Assembly: GCA_013239625.1 (NCBI GenBank)
Contig: MU056216.1
Location: 9,594,957 to 9,658,956 of the forward strand
Length of the DNA: 64,000 nt
From: Lama guanicoe
Lineage: Eukaryota
Reading direction: 5' to 3'
Shown one piece after another: positions 25,161 through 36,784 of this stretch. Under the pieces are notes generated by a model that was given only the letters and a program-made list of their open reading frames with translations, had not been told where the DNA came from and did no database searches. How positions within the stretch are numbered: the stretch's first letter is position 1; each line of letters opens with the position of its first letter. Position numbers and translations under genes: made by a program.

Positions 25161-26213
25161 AGTCGATCAAACTTACATGTCTGTATTTATATTTTTATTT
25201 ATATTTAATATAAAAATCGACCTGAATGCATGTGCTCTTTCTTTGGTGATTATGAAGGGTCTTATGTGACCTGCAGATCATCATTGTGAATGTCACTTAG
25301 GGGGAGCATAAGCAGAAGGCCTACTAATTGGCGCTTCCTCAGCAACCCAGGATGGGTGGAACCAAGACCCTGGTCCCTTCCCTCCATCAGTACAAGTAAG
25401 TGCTTATTGATGCAGCATGAAGCCACCCCTCCCTCCCCTGGAAGAATGTGGTAGAGAGGACGGACAAGCACGGAGATCTTTTTGCCTGGGACTCTTGCTT
25501 GCTGGTGATGAGGAAGCATCTTTGAGCTCTCTCTGGCTCCGTCTGATTTTTTCTGTCTCTAGCGACTTCAGAAGATGTGGCCTATATGACAAGAAGATGG
25601 AATTTGTCTCCATGAAATAAACTGTCAGCAAGGCTGTCTATACCGTGGACACCTTCCCTCCCATTTACTCCTCATATAGACTTGGGGGAAGGAATTTGGC
25701 CTCAGTTGTGAGCAGTTCTCCTTAGAGATAGGGGTTCTTGATCAGTCTTCATCCTTAGGATAATGATAGTGAAAGTCCTGCTCACCATCCTGTTCGCGAG
25801 GACATATCTATCTATCCCTTATCGTAAGCCGAGAACAGAGTTTTAATACTTTGATCTTTTTGGATATGAATCAATTTATACATCTATATGATGTTTTCAG
25901 CCTTGTCGTATTCACAGCACACTTTCAAACAATCGAACCTAGTGACACCAGAGAAGGGATCTAAGATGACTATAATACAGCACAGTGATATCTTATAGTG
26001 CCAAAAAGTTACCCACAGCGTCCCTCCACTTCTCTTTTTAGTGCTGTCGGAACCTATTATCCTGACATCACCTTCTCCTAGCCACTTCACTTGGGTGTCC
26101 AGCATGTCAGGTCTACAACTTACCCTCTTTGCAGCTGGCTTGGTCTTGTGCTGTGCCTCTGACCTCAGCCTGCTTTGTGGCCCACTACCTTCTCAGCCCA
26201 ATGTTCCACTCAC

Positions 26214-26323
26214 TAGGGACCAACCAGCCCACTTTGCCTGGGACCCAGGGGTTTCCCGGGACATTGGATTCTTAGTGCTAAAATGGAGACAGTCCCAGGC
26301 AAACGGGGCCGGCTGGTCACCTG
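26214..26323 (-). mobile_element. MER81 hAT-Blackjack MITE
   Basis: Terminal inverted repeats tagggaccaacc / ggctggtcacctg; internal tttgcctgggac...ggggtttcccgggac...agtgctaaaa...gtcccaggcaaac. Confidence 0.88.
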
Positions 26324-29059
26324 TGTGCAACATTCATCATACCATAGTACCTAAGTTTGATTATTACACTAATACATTTTACAAATTGATCACCAGTTGG
26401 CAGCACGCCTGGAGTTCCCTTGGGGACTATGGCAGATCTGTTGAAAATTACCCTTTAAGTTTTGTTCATTGCTCAGCAAACTTGTTTCCACTGGAGAGAG
26501 GACTTTATTTCTATTCCTTTCAGTCTAGTTGAAATCCAACCATTATCTTTAGATTGTTACTGTTTTGAAAGTTTCATTCCAGATTTTGATGATATGCTTA
26601 CAAAACAGAGACACACTTGACATAAATCAGTAGACTTTACCTGCTCTGTTGGTGGGATCGTAGGTGAAGCCTATGTATGATCTAGGTGATCTGAGAAGGC
26701 CACCTAGACCTCATCTCTGGACGGACAGCCTCACCCTGCACGAGAGCATCTCCCTTGCCCACCAGCACTACAATTACATCCAAATTTCGTTCTCAAGGTC
26801 ACAATAAGTTCTGTGGCCCATGTTGTGGGCATAGCACTTATTTAGAGCTGAACCTGAGTTCTGTGTGTTTATTGGAATAATTCTGTTTTTCCTGGACGAA
26901 ATATTCTAACACAGCTGGAAAGTGATCAGCCAAGTTTATGCTGACCATTGGCTTAAAATGTTTTTAAAAATGATTTTTGTGCAAAGATCTAGCCTTAATT
27001 GTGGGAAGCGGAAAAGAGGAGTAAGAATAGTGAGCATAAAATCATGACTGAAAGAGGAATATAGCACCTATATTTCTACAGGGTCTCAGACATCTGTTAG
27101 GAAGCACAGGTTGTCCACAGTCATCTTAAGCCCAGAAAAACCATGCTTTCTGCATGTGGAGATGTGCTGCGCAAAGCACAAACACAGTGCTCTCAGGGTA
27201 TAAAGTTAGGACTTTTTTTCATTCTTGGAGATACCATATGACACTGTGACCTAAGTGTCATGGAAAAATTGTTTTATGGTGACCTTTTTAATGTGTCTCT
27301 AAAATTATCTGAAAATGTGAAAGGGACGGGCCAGATCACCTATTCATGGAGTGGAGTGGGCTCAGGTGGGTGGGCACAGACGTTCTTCTCTAACCCGCCA
27401 GTCTCCCTGGTGCTCTCCTGCAAAAGAAACACATTTCTGTCCTTTATAATCCTAATCGTACCGCATCCTGGCAGGACTATAAATTCCTGTGATTTGCATG
27501 AATCCAATTGAGTTGGAAAAGCACTTTCAGATGAAAATATTGCAAAATTATTTGATGTGGGAAAAGTTATAAAGATGTCTAAGCAAGTGTTCTCTTTCTG
27601 GATGAGATCTTCCATTGCTTGATTTCCAACAATTCACCTGTAACTCAGGTGAGACACATACACACCTGCTGGGTCAAGACTGTTTATGGTGACCAAATTG
27701 GTTCCTCTGGCAGCTTCAACAGTGTGTTAGAAACATTGAACGTCAGGATTTACAAAGTGCGAACTATTCAAAGCTGAAACTGGCTGTTTAGTACACTTAA
27801 AAATGTGCAGAAGGGGGAGACCTAAATACAGCCTGTAGAGTGAAAAACTTCTTAGTCACTCAGTGTGGTTGAAGCAAATGACAGGGAACTGTGCTGCAGC
27901 TATTTCAGTGTTCCAAGTGGAATGCTCAGGACTCCTCTGTTGCTGCTGCCTAGGCCGTCCCAGCCAGCCTCACCCAAGTTCTCATCACCTCCTGGTCAAA
28001 AATAGGCTGTGCCCGGGGGTGCGGCAACCCAGAAGGGCTTAAAGGCAGGGAATTCCAAATAAAGGGCAGCTCCTGAGACATAAAATCTACCCAAAGTCTT
28101 GGATAAATCATACATTTAACCAGAATAAATTGAATTAGAAGATGGTGGTGTTCTCTTTTTTAGGTACGGGAGGGCGGTGTATCATATGGAAGATATTGAA
28201 TATAGTAGTGATCTGAGTATCTTACTTAATATGTGATTATTTCTATATCTGTAGCCGTTCAAGATGAATAAAACCTCCTGTTTAGATTTTTAGGCTTTAT
28301 CAGAAATCTGCAGAGGTAGAGTTTTACTAGTTTTTCTGTCTTGAGAAAGAAGGGAATTAACTTTTGGAGTTGGGTCCAGGATTAGATGTTATTTATTTTA
28401 AGTAGCAGCATTACTTGACAAGCTAAATAGGATACCAGATCTGAAGCTTGCAGAAATAGGCTTTCAAAATTCCCATCTACATTAGAAATGTACTTCATTA
28501 AAGCTCACCATCGAGGCGGGAGGTAATCCAACAAATAGATATGCCTTTGCTTGCTACTGACAGCTGGTTAGGCCTTTTGGCAAAAAGAGAAACTTTCGGA
28601 AGTATAAACACATGTGTCCACTTACTAAGAGTCTACCAGCCTGTTACGTGTTGCTGACATAGTTATGTCTCGTGCACTTCCTCTTTGAAAATACAAAAAT
28701 AAATGACACTGAAACCAAAAGGTCTGCAAATAGTGACTATTCAGTCTTTGTACTGAAGGCACAGGGTTTTCGGTTTTCTTCTGACGACCACAGCTGGGCT
28801 GGATGAATCATCCTAGGCTGGCATACTGTGTTCATAGACCTTCCATTTTAATGAAGTGATTCATTTAGAAAGAGAGGCAATGCAGTGAGGACAAGGCCCA
28901 GAGACTCCAGAGGCCTGAGAGGCCTCAGAGTCACACAGTCTTGTGTGATCACGCTGGCAGCCCTGATAGTGGAGCCGGGGAAAGCTGGTCAGCCTGCCAT
29001 GCTGCAGCAGGTCCCACGTCAATGTCTGGACACTAGATGTTTACCCATACGTCACCTCC

Positions 29060-29175
29060 TTTATTCTCAGGTCAGTCCTGTGAGGTCACTATCATGATAT
29101 TTTACAATTAAACATAGGAGGCTCAGAGACATTATGTAACTTGTAACCAAAGCATCTTAGATTCCAGACTCTGCA
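29060..29175 (-). mobile_element. MIR SINE fragment
   Basis: cctgtgaggt...attttaca...gaggctcagagacattatgtaacttg. Confidence 0.7.
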
Positions 29176-29267
29176 TCTTGCTGTTCCCTGAGCCCATCCT
29201 GTTCTCTCTCCTTCCTCTATGATGTCTTCTTTTTTCTTCCCTGTTCTGTCTCCATTTTCCCTTCTTT

Positions 29268-29390
29268 TATTCACTCATGTATTCAAACATATTGAGCTTC
29301 TGCCATGCCAGGCCCTGTGCCAGGATTCAGCAATGAACAAGGCAAACAAGAGCCTCATCCTCATGTAGCTGACAGTCTACTGAGCAAGAA
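29268..29390 (-). mobile_element. L2 LINE 3' end
   Basis: tattcaaacatattgagcttctgccatgccaggccctgtgccagg...cctcatgtagctgacagtcta. Confidence 0.85.
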
Positions 29391-29529
29391 CAGAAGTATG
29401 TCCAAATAGAGGCTAAGGAGCCCCAGGGGGTGGGACCGAGGGATGGGACCAGGGAGGCGGCACATGTAGAAGGGGTGCTGGCTTCCTGGGGAGGATGGCC
29501 AGTACATTCATTGGCCAACTAGGGATTTT

Positions 29530-29830
29530 AAAAAGATTTCAACAGGATGGAACAAGAGACAGGTTAAAATTAAACAGGGATAAATGTAAAGCTTTTATTT
29601 AGGTTAATCGTAAAGTGAATACAAAATTGGGAAGACAGGACTTCATAGGGTTTCAGGTGAGGTTTGAAACCCCAGCAATATGAAGCAGTGGTTTAAAAAG
29701 GATGCAGTGTTAGGCTGTCTCTGTACCAGCATGGATTCTAAAACAAATGTGTTGGTAATTCCATGTCATATCCTTAACTCTCTACTGAACTTTTCTGTCT
29801 TAAGGGCAACACTGATTACAAGACAGTGCG
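29530..29830 (+). mobile_element. L3/CR1 LINE fragment
   Basis: aaattaaacagggataaatgtaaag...tttaggtt...gatgcagtgttaggctg matches the recalled L3 consensus. Confidence 0.7.
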
Positions 29831-30102
29831 TAGCGAACTTTCAGTGTGGTATGATAAACTAGTGGGAGGTAACTGGTATCCCAGAGTAGCTGGTTTTCCT
29901 TAACAACGTCTAGGAATGTCTGCTGCTCACAACGTTTAGGATACAATTTTCCAGAATTTTTTTTTAAAATTTCATTCTAACTCAGGAAATACAACTGACT
30001 TATGCAACGTTACTATAAAATAACAATAAAATAACAGAGAATTAGTATATGATGGCATTGGGAAGAAACAGAGAAGGGAAACGGTACAAGAAGACGAGAG
30101 AA

Positions 30103-30300
30103 CACTGGTGTCAGAATGAAATGTATGAGTTTGAATAGCAGCTCTGCTTATGTTCATTCTGATATAGACAGTTTGCTGCACGTCTTTGAGCCTTCATTTC
30201 CTCATCTGTAAATTGATGCTACCAATACCTGCATCACAAGTTTGTTGAAGCAACTAGATATAAAGTTGGGAAACTGCCTGGCACATTGTAGGCAGCTAAG
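30103..30300 (+). mobile_element. MIR SINE
   Basis: tttgagccttcatttcctcatctgtaaa...tgcctggcacattgtagg. Confidence 0.85.
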
Positions 30301-31084
30301 GAGACCTGAGAAGAGAAATAATTGAAAGGAAATTCCAGGGAGTGTGGATCAAGGAAGGAATCTTGAAGAAATGTTTTTTGAGATTCATCCTTAAGAAATC
30401 ATGGGCATGGACTGACTTTGTTTTAAGAAACCCATTATAGGCAGAAAAAAAATGACAAAATGAAAATGTAAGGTCAAGAATTTGTATGGGATGTTATTGT
30501 ATATTCTCTTTGGTCAAGCAGGCTGTCATTTGATAATGTGTTTTGCTGAGATTGAAATTCATTGACAGCTGTCTGTGGCTAGCGGTAATCTCTGGGTATG
30601 TGTTGATTTCCCTGCCCCTGAATCCTCTCAACATTTGGGGAATGGTGTCATATTGTTATTAACTTGTTTTTCTCATTTTAATTTATAAAACTAGCAATCA
30701 TTTTAATGCCATGTAGAATGTGAAATCTTTTTCAGGGGAATTTGCATGCAGCACATTTCCTATGACTAGCTTCCTATGAAATGAAGCATTCATTTCTCCT
30801 CCTTTATCAGAAATATCTAGCAAGGGGACAAGGAGTTTTGTTTTCTGTTTTCTTCTTTATCAGAAACTACTTCCCCATTTATTAGTGAGGAGGAGCTAAT
30901 TTAAAATTTATTATAAAGAGAACTGGCTAATATGTTCAACTTGTCACCCTAAAATTTAAGACTAAGAACTGCCAAGCTTGTTCAATAAATACAACTAATA
31001 GTTTAAAATATTGTGTAATTCAGGTGTTTGGAGTTAATAAGGGAGTAGGTATTGGTGAGAAAGAAATGAAGTGATTGGAAAGAT

Positions 31085-31152
31085 TGAGGAAGGGAAGGAA
31101 GAAGAGAAAACAAAATATGGGGCAAAGATGAGGCAGAAACAGGAATGCAAAA

Positions 31153-31183
<31 letters not shown>

Positions 31184-31250
31184 AGAAGGAGAAGGAGAAG
31201 AAGAAGAAACAAGAGAGACAGAAAAAATAAGGAAGAGAAAGAGAGGAATG
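31085..31250. repeat. GA-rich low-complexity tract containing (GAA)n
   Basis: aagaagaagaagaagaagaagaggaagaagaagaaggagaaggagaagaagaagaa. Confidence 0.95.
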
Positions 31251-31685
31251 GGTGGGGTTACTGTGGAAATGGAGGTCATTCTACTTCCTGCCAAAGGCCC
31301 TGCTTCACCACCTACCATTCAAGTCTTGACCCCATCAGGAGGTCTGAAGGCCAGTCAGAGGGTTTTGCTGTGTGAAGATGGGTACACGAATCTCTAACAT
31401 TCTTACATGCCCAGGGTCATCACAGACGGCAGTTTCAGTATCACCTAAAAGTTCCTTTGCCATTAAAAACCTATTGTTACAGTCCCTTCTTTCTTTTTTA
31501 TCTTCCTCTTCTTCCTGACGATAGCTCTGACTCATTCAAAACTGAAGTAGAAATCTAAGTTTAAAATGTTACATGTCCCTTTACTCAAAATTATTTTTTT
31601 TAGCCTGGTTGAGTCTTGAAGTGCTGTGATATAAGGACCCCCCCAGGAGATCATGTTAATCGCCTGAATGAAAAGTCTTTTGCGT

Positions 31686-31844
31686 CAGTGGGTCCTCAAC
31701 TTTGTCGGCACATTAGAATCACTCGGAGAGCTATTAACACCTAGGGTGTCCGGGCCCACCAATTGGGGTGATCAGATGTGGGGTTGACTATCATTTTTTA
31801 AGTACCTCAGGTATGTGATAATGCAGCCAGTGTTGAGAAACATA
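31686..31844. mobile_element. MER5A-type hAT-Charlie MITE
   Basis: cagtgggtcctcaacttt...cacattagaatcac...tgcagccagtgttgagaaac. Confidence 0.8.
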
Positions 31845-31893
31845 CCTTTGGGGAGATGGCAACAAAGTGTGTGGATCATGGCTCCAGTGCTTA

Positions 31894-32053
31894 NNNNNNN
31901 NNNNNNNNNNNNNNNNNNNNNNNNNNNNNNNNNNNNNNNNNNNNNNNNNNNNNNNNNNNNNNNNNNNNNNNNNNNNNNNNNNNNNNNNNNNNNNNNNNNN
32001 NNNNNNNNNNNNNNNNNNNNNNNNNNNNNNNNNNNNNNNNNNNNNNNNNNNNN
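31894..32053. other. Assembly gap (160 N)
   Basis: N run. Confidence 1.
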
Positions 32054-32269
32054 TTTGCAACTTGCTTTCATATATATATGGTAGAATGTTTGGATCCCTT
32101 GGAAAAAAAATATTATCAAAAAACTAGCTCCAAAAAATGAGAGAGATGCTGGTCATGTGGAGTAATTGTCTTGGAAATGATGTTGAAGAAGCTTCATGTT
32201 GAATTTGTACTCGCGGATCTACCGTCTGAGCACAGGCCTCATGTCACCCCAGTGCCTGCTCACTCAAGC

Positions 32270-32725
32270 ACCAACTCCTCACTTGGAACTTCCTTCTATT
32301 CTAATTTTCTGCCTCCTGCCATCTCAGCTTCAGCTAAATTCAGCCACCAAGCACTTTCTCTTCTGGGACTTTTTCCGGCCATTTCTTTAAATTGAAGCAA
32401 TCTATAACTCCCCTTAATCACACCCACCTCATGCCATCATTGTCTGTTGAATTGTTATCTATCCTTCGAGGTCCTTCTTCCATGAAGCAATATTAATTCT
32501 CTTGCCAGTAGATATAATCTTTCTTGTCTTTGAAATCCCACTGCATGTTCTGTTCTCTTTCCCTTTGTCTCTCTTTATCTGTATTTGTTTTATGTTTATG
32601 AGTATTTTTGTCTTATTTGTCTAATAATGAGTGAAGTTTGAGAATACATCTCTTTGGATCCTCTGTTGTGCCTGCCTAGCCCAGTATTCTGCATAGAAAG
32701 TGCTCAACATATAGGTATTCAATAG
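32270..32725 (+). mobile_element. L2 LINE 3' fragment, highly diverged
   Basis: Pyrimidine-rich body ending gcctagcccagtattctgcatagaaagtgctcaacata. Confidence 0.6.
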
Positions 32726-34390
32726 AATTTAATAAAAATCAAAAAACGTATTGATTGAGGTATAAAACTGGTGGAGGTAAGAAACTGAAATTTAGACAGG
32801 TGTGTTTGTTAAAATAAATCAGCAGTTTTCAGAGATGCTTCCCTGCTCCTGGACATACAAACTTAGACAAAGACACAGACATAAGATGCTCATGACCTCT
32901 AATACATTCCAGCCAGTGTTGACTAGAGATCCGTATGCTTATTTCTGGGTGCATACAAAGAGAATGAACAGGTCGTGTCTTATCCAGCCCTAATTTAATG
33001 ACTGTGGCCTATCTGTCTTTTGTGAAATAAGATGGTCACGTATTCATTTTAGGTCACTTCCCTTTGATTCACTTTGACACTCGTGTCTTAAATTGTAACT
33101 CTAGGATTTATTATCTTTTGTTCCAGAAGAAAGACAAAACACTTATGTCTATGAATATAGTATGGTTGCCCTTCTACCAACACACACACACATGAAAGGA
33201 ATTATAATTTTTAAGAACTTGCCAAGCTGGAGTTTATTCTTTGTGATGTTCCTCTGGATGGCAGGCCTACCCCTCCTTCTTCCTGAACCTTCCAAATATC
33301 CCCACTTGTACATTGAGTACAATGGAATTGTCCTTAGGCTGTCTCTCTTTTCTGCTGCAGGCAGTAACCACGAGTGTGCATTTAAAAGTAGAATCTGGCC
33401 TCTTGAGTTTAACAGTTAATTTAATCTACTCTTTAAATAACTTTAAAAAAAAGAACGAAAGAAAAGAAATCCATTTCAGAAACAAAAATGTATCTGTGCA
33501 GCTTTCTTTTCATGTGGAAGACAAAGAATCTTTCCAATAGGAGGACAGAATGACAGTTCCACTTATCTTGGCTGCTCAGAAATTAGATCACTGACATATT
33601 TTCTGTTGAAGAAGAAACCTTATCTTAGTGGCTAAATTTTGGAATCAATCATCTGAATTTCAGTCCTGCCCCCTCTCACAAGCAGGGAGCATTATGCAAT
33701 TTGTATGTTTCAATTAGGTTGCGATAAAAAATGAGTAGCTCAAGGGCATTAGTTTATTACTGGTGTCCAGCCCTGTTTTCCTTTGCTAAATGACATTCTG
33801 AAAGCCTCCTTTCTGAGTATAATCACCTTACTGTGCCCACGGAGTGTGGCCCCAAATGATTCAATTACAGCTGAAAGTCATTCTCTTCCCGGAACACAAG
33901 ACTCTAGAAGCACATCTGCAGTCTTTTGCATTCAAGAGCTATTTTTTCTTTCATAACTGTTCCTGCAAGAATGTAAATGCAGATGAGGATAATGTTTTGT
34001 CTGACTTCTCTCTGTTCTCTCTTTTCTGTCTGATCTGCTTTTGTGAAGTGAAGTGTTATGTCTTAGGATAAATCATCATCAGTTTACCAGCAAGTGAGTT
34101 TATAAACGACCTGATTCAAATGAGGAACATTTCCTCATAGAACCAACGGTAAAGGATTCTAAGTTTCCCACTAACCCCCAATAACCTATTTAACTCATAG
34201 TGAAACTCATTATGCAGTATTAACATTTCCCTGTCACTTTGGGAAAAGGAGCTGATGTTTCAAATAACTTGAAATGTCTGGAACTGCCTCTGACATACAG
34301 CAATTTCCTCCTCCCTGCTTGTGATAAGAAGATTCTTTTTCCCTCTTCTCCCAGACAGCCATATGTGGTGTATTTGAGGGTAGGGATGTA

Positions 34391-34865
34391 TGTATCAGTT
34401 ACCTACTGCTGTGTAAGAAACCACTGCAAACTTAATAACTGAAAACAGTAATTATTTATTGGTTTGCAGTTCTGTATGTTGGGAGTTTGCGCTTGGCTGG
34501 TAGGTTCTCGGTTCAGCCATGTGTCAAAAGTCAGCTTGGTGGAGTTGGGTAGCCAACATGGCCTTCCTCACATGCCTGGTGGTTGGTTTTGGTTGTCAGC
34601 TGGGCTTCTCTCTCCATATGGCCTCTCATCCTCAAGAAGGCTAGCCTAGGCTTCTTGTCTCAGAGTTCCAAGAGGGTGAGCGTGGAAGCTGAAAGACCTC
34701 TTCGACTCCAGGCTCATAAGTTGCAGAGCTCTGTTTGCTGAACAAAGCAACTCATGAGGCCAAGCCCAGATTCAAGGTCTCTTCTTAATAAGAGGAGCAG
34801 CAAGTTCAAATTGCAAAGGGATACACGGGGATGGGGGAATCGCTGCAGCCATTTTTGTAGAGTAC
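34391..34865 (-). mobile_element. MLT1 (ERVL-MaLR) solo LTR
   Basis: tgtatcagttacctactgctgtgtaagaaaccac...ggcctctcatcctc...ggctagcctaggcttct...gcccagattcaagg...gcagccattttt. Confidence 0.9.
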
Positions 34866-34914
34866 GAGGGTGTCGGAGTGGAGAGGTGAGAAGGTGAGGA
34901 GCAGTGAAAGTGGG

Positions 34915-35105
34915 TGAGACTCCCGCTTTACTGCTTCCTCGTAATGTGATCTTAGAGAAATTATTCACCTGCTCAAGTTTAAGTTTCTTCATCTCTTGAG
35001 AGTAATGCCTCCTTATCACAATGGTTGTGAGAATTAGGGTTAATGCTTATAATCCACCTAACAAAGTGCTGGTCACAGACAAGCTGTTAGTAAGTGATTA
35101 TTTAG
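34915..35105 (+). mobile_element. MIR SINE
   Basis: tgtgatcttagagaaattattcacct...agtttcttcatct...ggttgtgagaatta. Confidence 0.8.
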
Positions 35106-35374
35106 TATTTCCTGTCTTCCGCCCTCACCTCTCAAAGGCAAGCAACATGGCCGACTTTAGGCATCTCTGCCGGGATGCTCCTCAGGTAGCTGAAAATTGG
35201 CTCATCTGCAGAGACCTCACTAACTCTCCTCCCTCACCTCCCCATCCCTACATGCGTGTCTCACAGTATCCCTTGTTCCAGATAAAGGGATCCATCCAGA
35301 TAACTGCCCCAGGTAGGGGCCTGGGAGCCATGTCCTCCAGACCCCACATCTGCCTGCTGGTTCCTGCCTTCCCC

Positions 35375-35490
35375 CCTTAAGCAGATGTCTGTCAGACACC
35401 TGCAATGTACCAGGCTTCATGCCAGTCCTGGGTTTGACGGATAAGTGAGGCCAATGTGGTTCCTGCCCCCAGGGAATTTGTAATCCAGTG
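35375..35490 (-). mobile_element. L2 LINE 3' fragment
   Basis: cacctgcaatgtaccaggc...tggttcctgcccccagggaatttgtaatccag. Confidence 0.65.
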
Positions 35491-35669
35491 ATTATATGAA
35501 AATCTCCAAGTTCCATGAAAGAAACAAGATATTGTGGGGAAAAAGAGGGACACTGGGGAGCCTGATTCTGCCCAGCCGCCTTCTCCATTGTACCCCAGCT
35601 GAGTCCAAGCTGCCATTATCACTAGCAGCCCAGCAGCAAGGAAGCTCTTACCCTGTATGGTTTGTTCGT

Positions 35670-36045
35670 CCTCCACAGTGTTGCTGGAAATATCTTTTTG
35701 GAAAAAAAATTTATCTCTAATTCCCTGCTTGAAAATCCCTATGGCCCACAGGATTAAAATCCAAACTCAAGATGGCATAAATGGCCCTTCCCTCTATGCC
35801 TGAATCTAGCCATTTCCCTCCCCAGGGATCCTTCACCCTCACAGACTACATTCCTCACAGCTTCTTGAAGTGCTTATACTCTCGCATGGTTCTGTGACTT
35901 CACTTCAGGGAAGGTCTTTACTCTGAACTGCATCTCTTTGTTGCTTACCTCTCCCCCAACCACACACACCAAGTTTCTATTTACTTTTGTCCCTCATAGC
36001 TTTAGAACATAGTAAGTGTTCAGTCAATGTTTGTTGAGTGAATGT
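35670..36045 (+). mobile_element. L2 LINE 3' fragment
   Basis: ccctgcttgaaaatcc...caggattaaaatccaaactc...catagtaagtgttcagtcaatgtttgttgagtgaatg. Confidence 0.8.
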
Positions 36046-36784
36046 TTGTGAGGATGGTCAGAGGTAGGGGGTAGTGTGATTCAAGTAAGGGTTAGTTGCA
36101 TATGGTTAGTGTCTGAGGAAGAGTACCATGAGGAAGAAGGGTAGACACTTGGCACTGTAGGGTGGGGTCTAGGGGTGGGGTGAGGGTCATCATCCCATCT
36201 CATCTGTGTTGGCAAAACAGCAGTAGAGAGGAAACAGGGATTCTTGTACCCAGTCAGTCAGAAAGGAGTGTTACAATGGAGAGGTGTTCTCTGAGGCTGA
36301 ATCCATGCCTCCAGAAACCAGCAGTTAGGAGGATATTGCTGTGATTTCTGTAGTGCAGGGAGCAGTAATATAGAGCTTCTAATTGAGAGAGATTAATAGG
36401 TCTTGCAAGCTCCAAAAACAGGAAAACAAGCAGACACACCAGTTAACATGAATACAAAGTTTAGTTTGCAGTTTTGTTCTACTATAGAATAATTCTGAAA
36501 GTCCAGGCTATTTCTCAGCTAGGTTTTAAACCCTCAATAGGTTCATTTTACTCATTCTATTGATTTTGTCTTTGTCAGCCTCTATTAGTGCTAAGAAATA
36601 GCTTAGAGTCTATTTACCATGAATGAATGAATGTTTTGGCATTTAATTAATTGCAGAAATCAATGGTCCTAAAATAGGTTGTAGAATAATTTCATACCTG
36701 TAAGCTCATAGAATACTCACAACTTCATAAATATGACAGAACACAGTTTCATTATTTGTAATATGATGTTGATAATAGCAGCCA

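Noticed and set aside
26041-26532. 163-aa ORF
   Set aside because: GTG start, runs through a MER81 MITE, and shows no recognisable homology
31003-31397. ORFs with poly-E, poly-R, poly-S and poly-L runs
   Set aside because: They are translations of the (GAA)n low-complexity tract, with no other coding features
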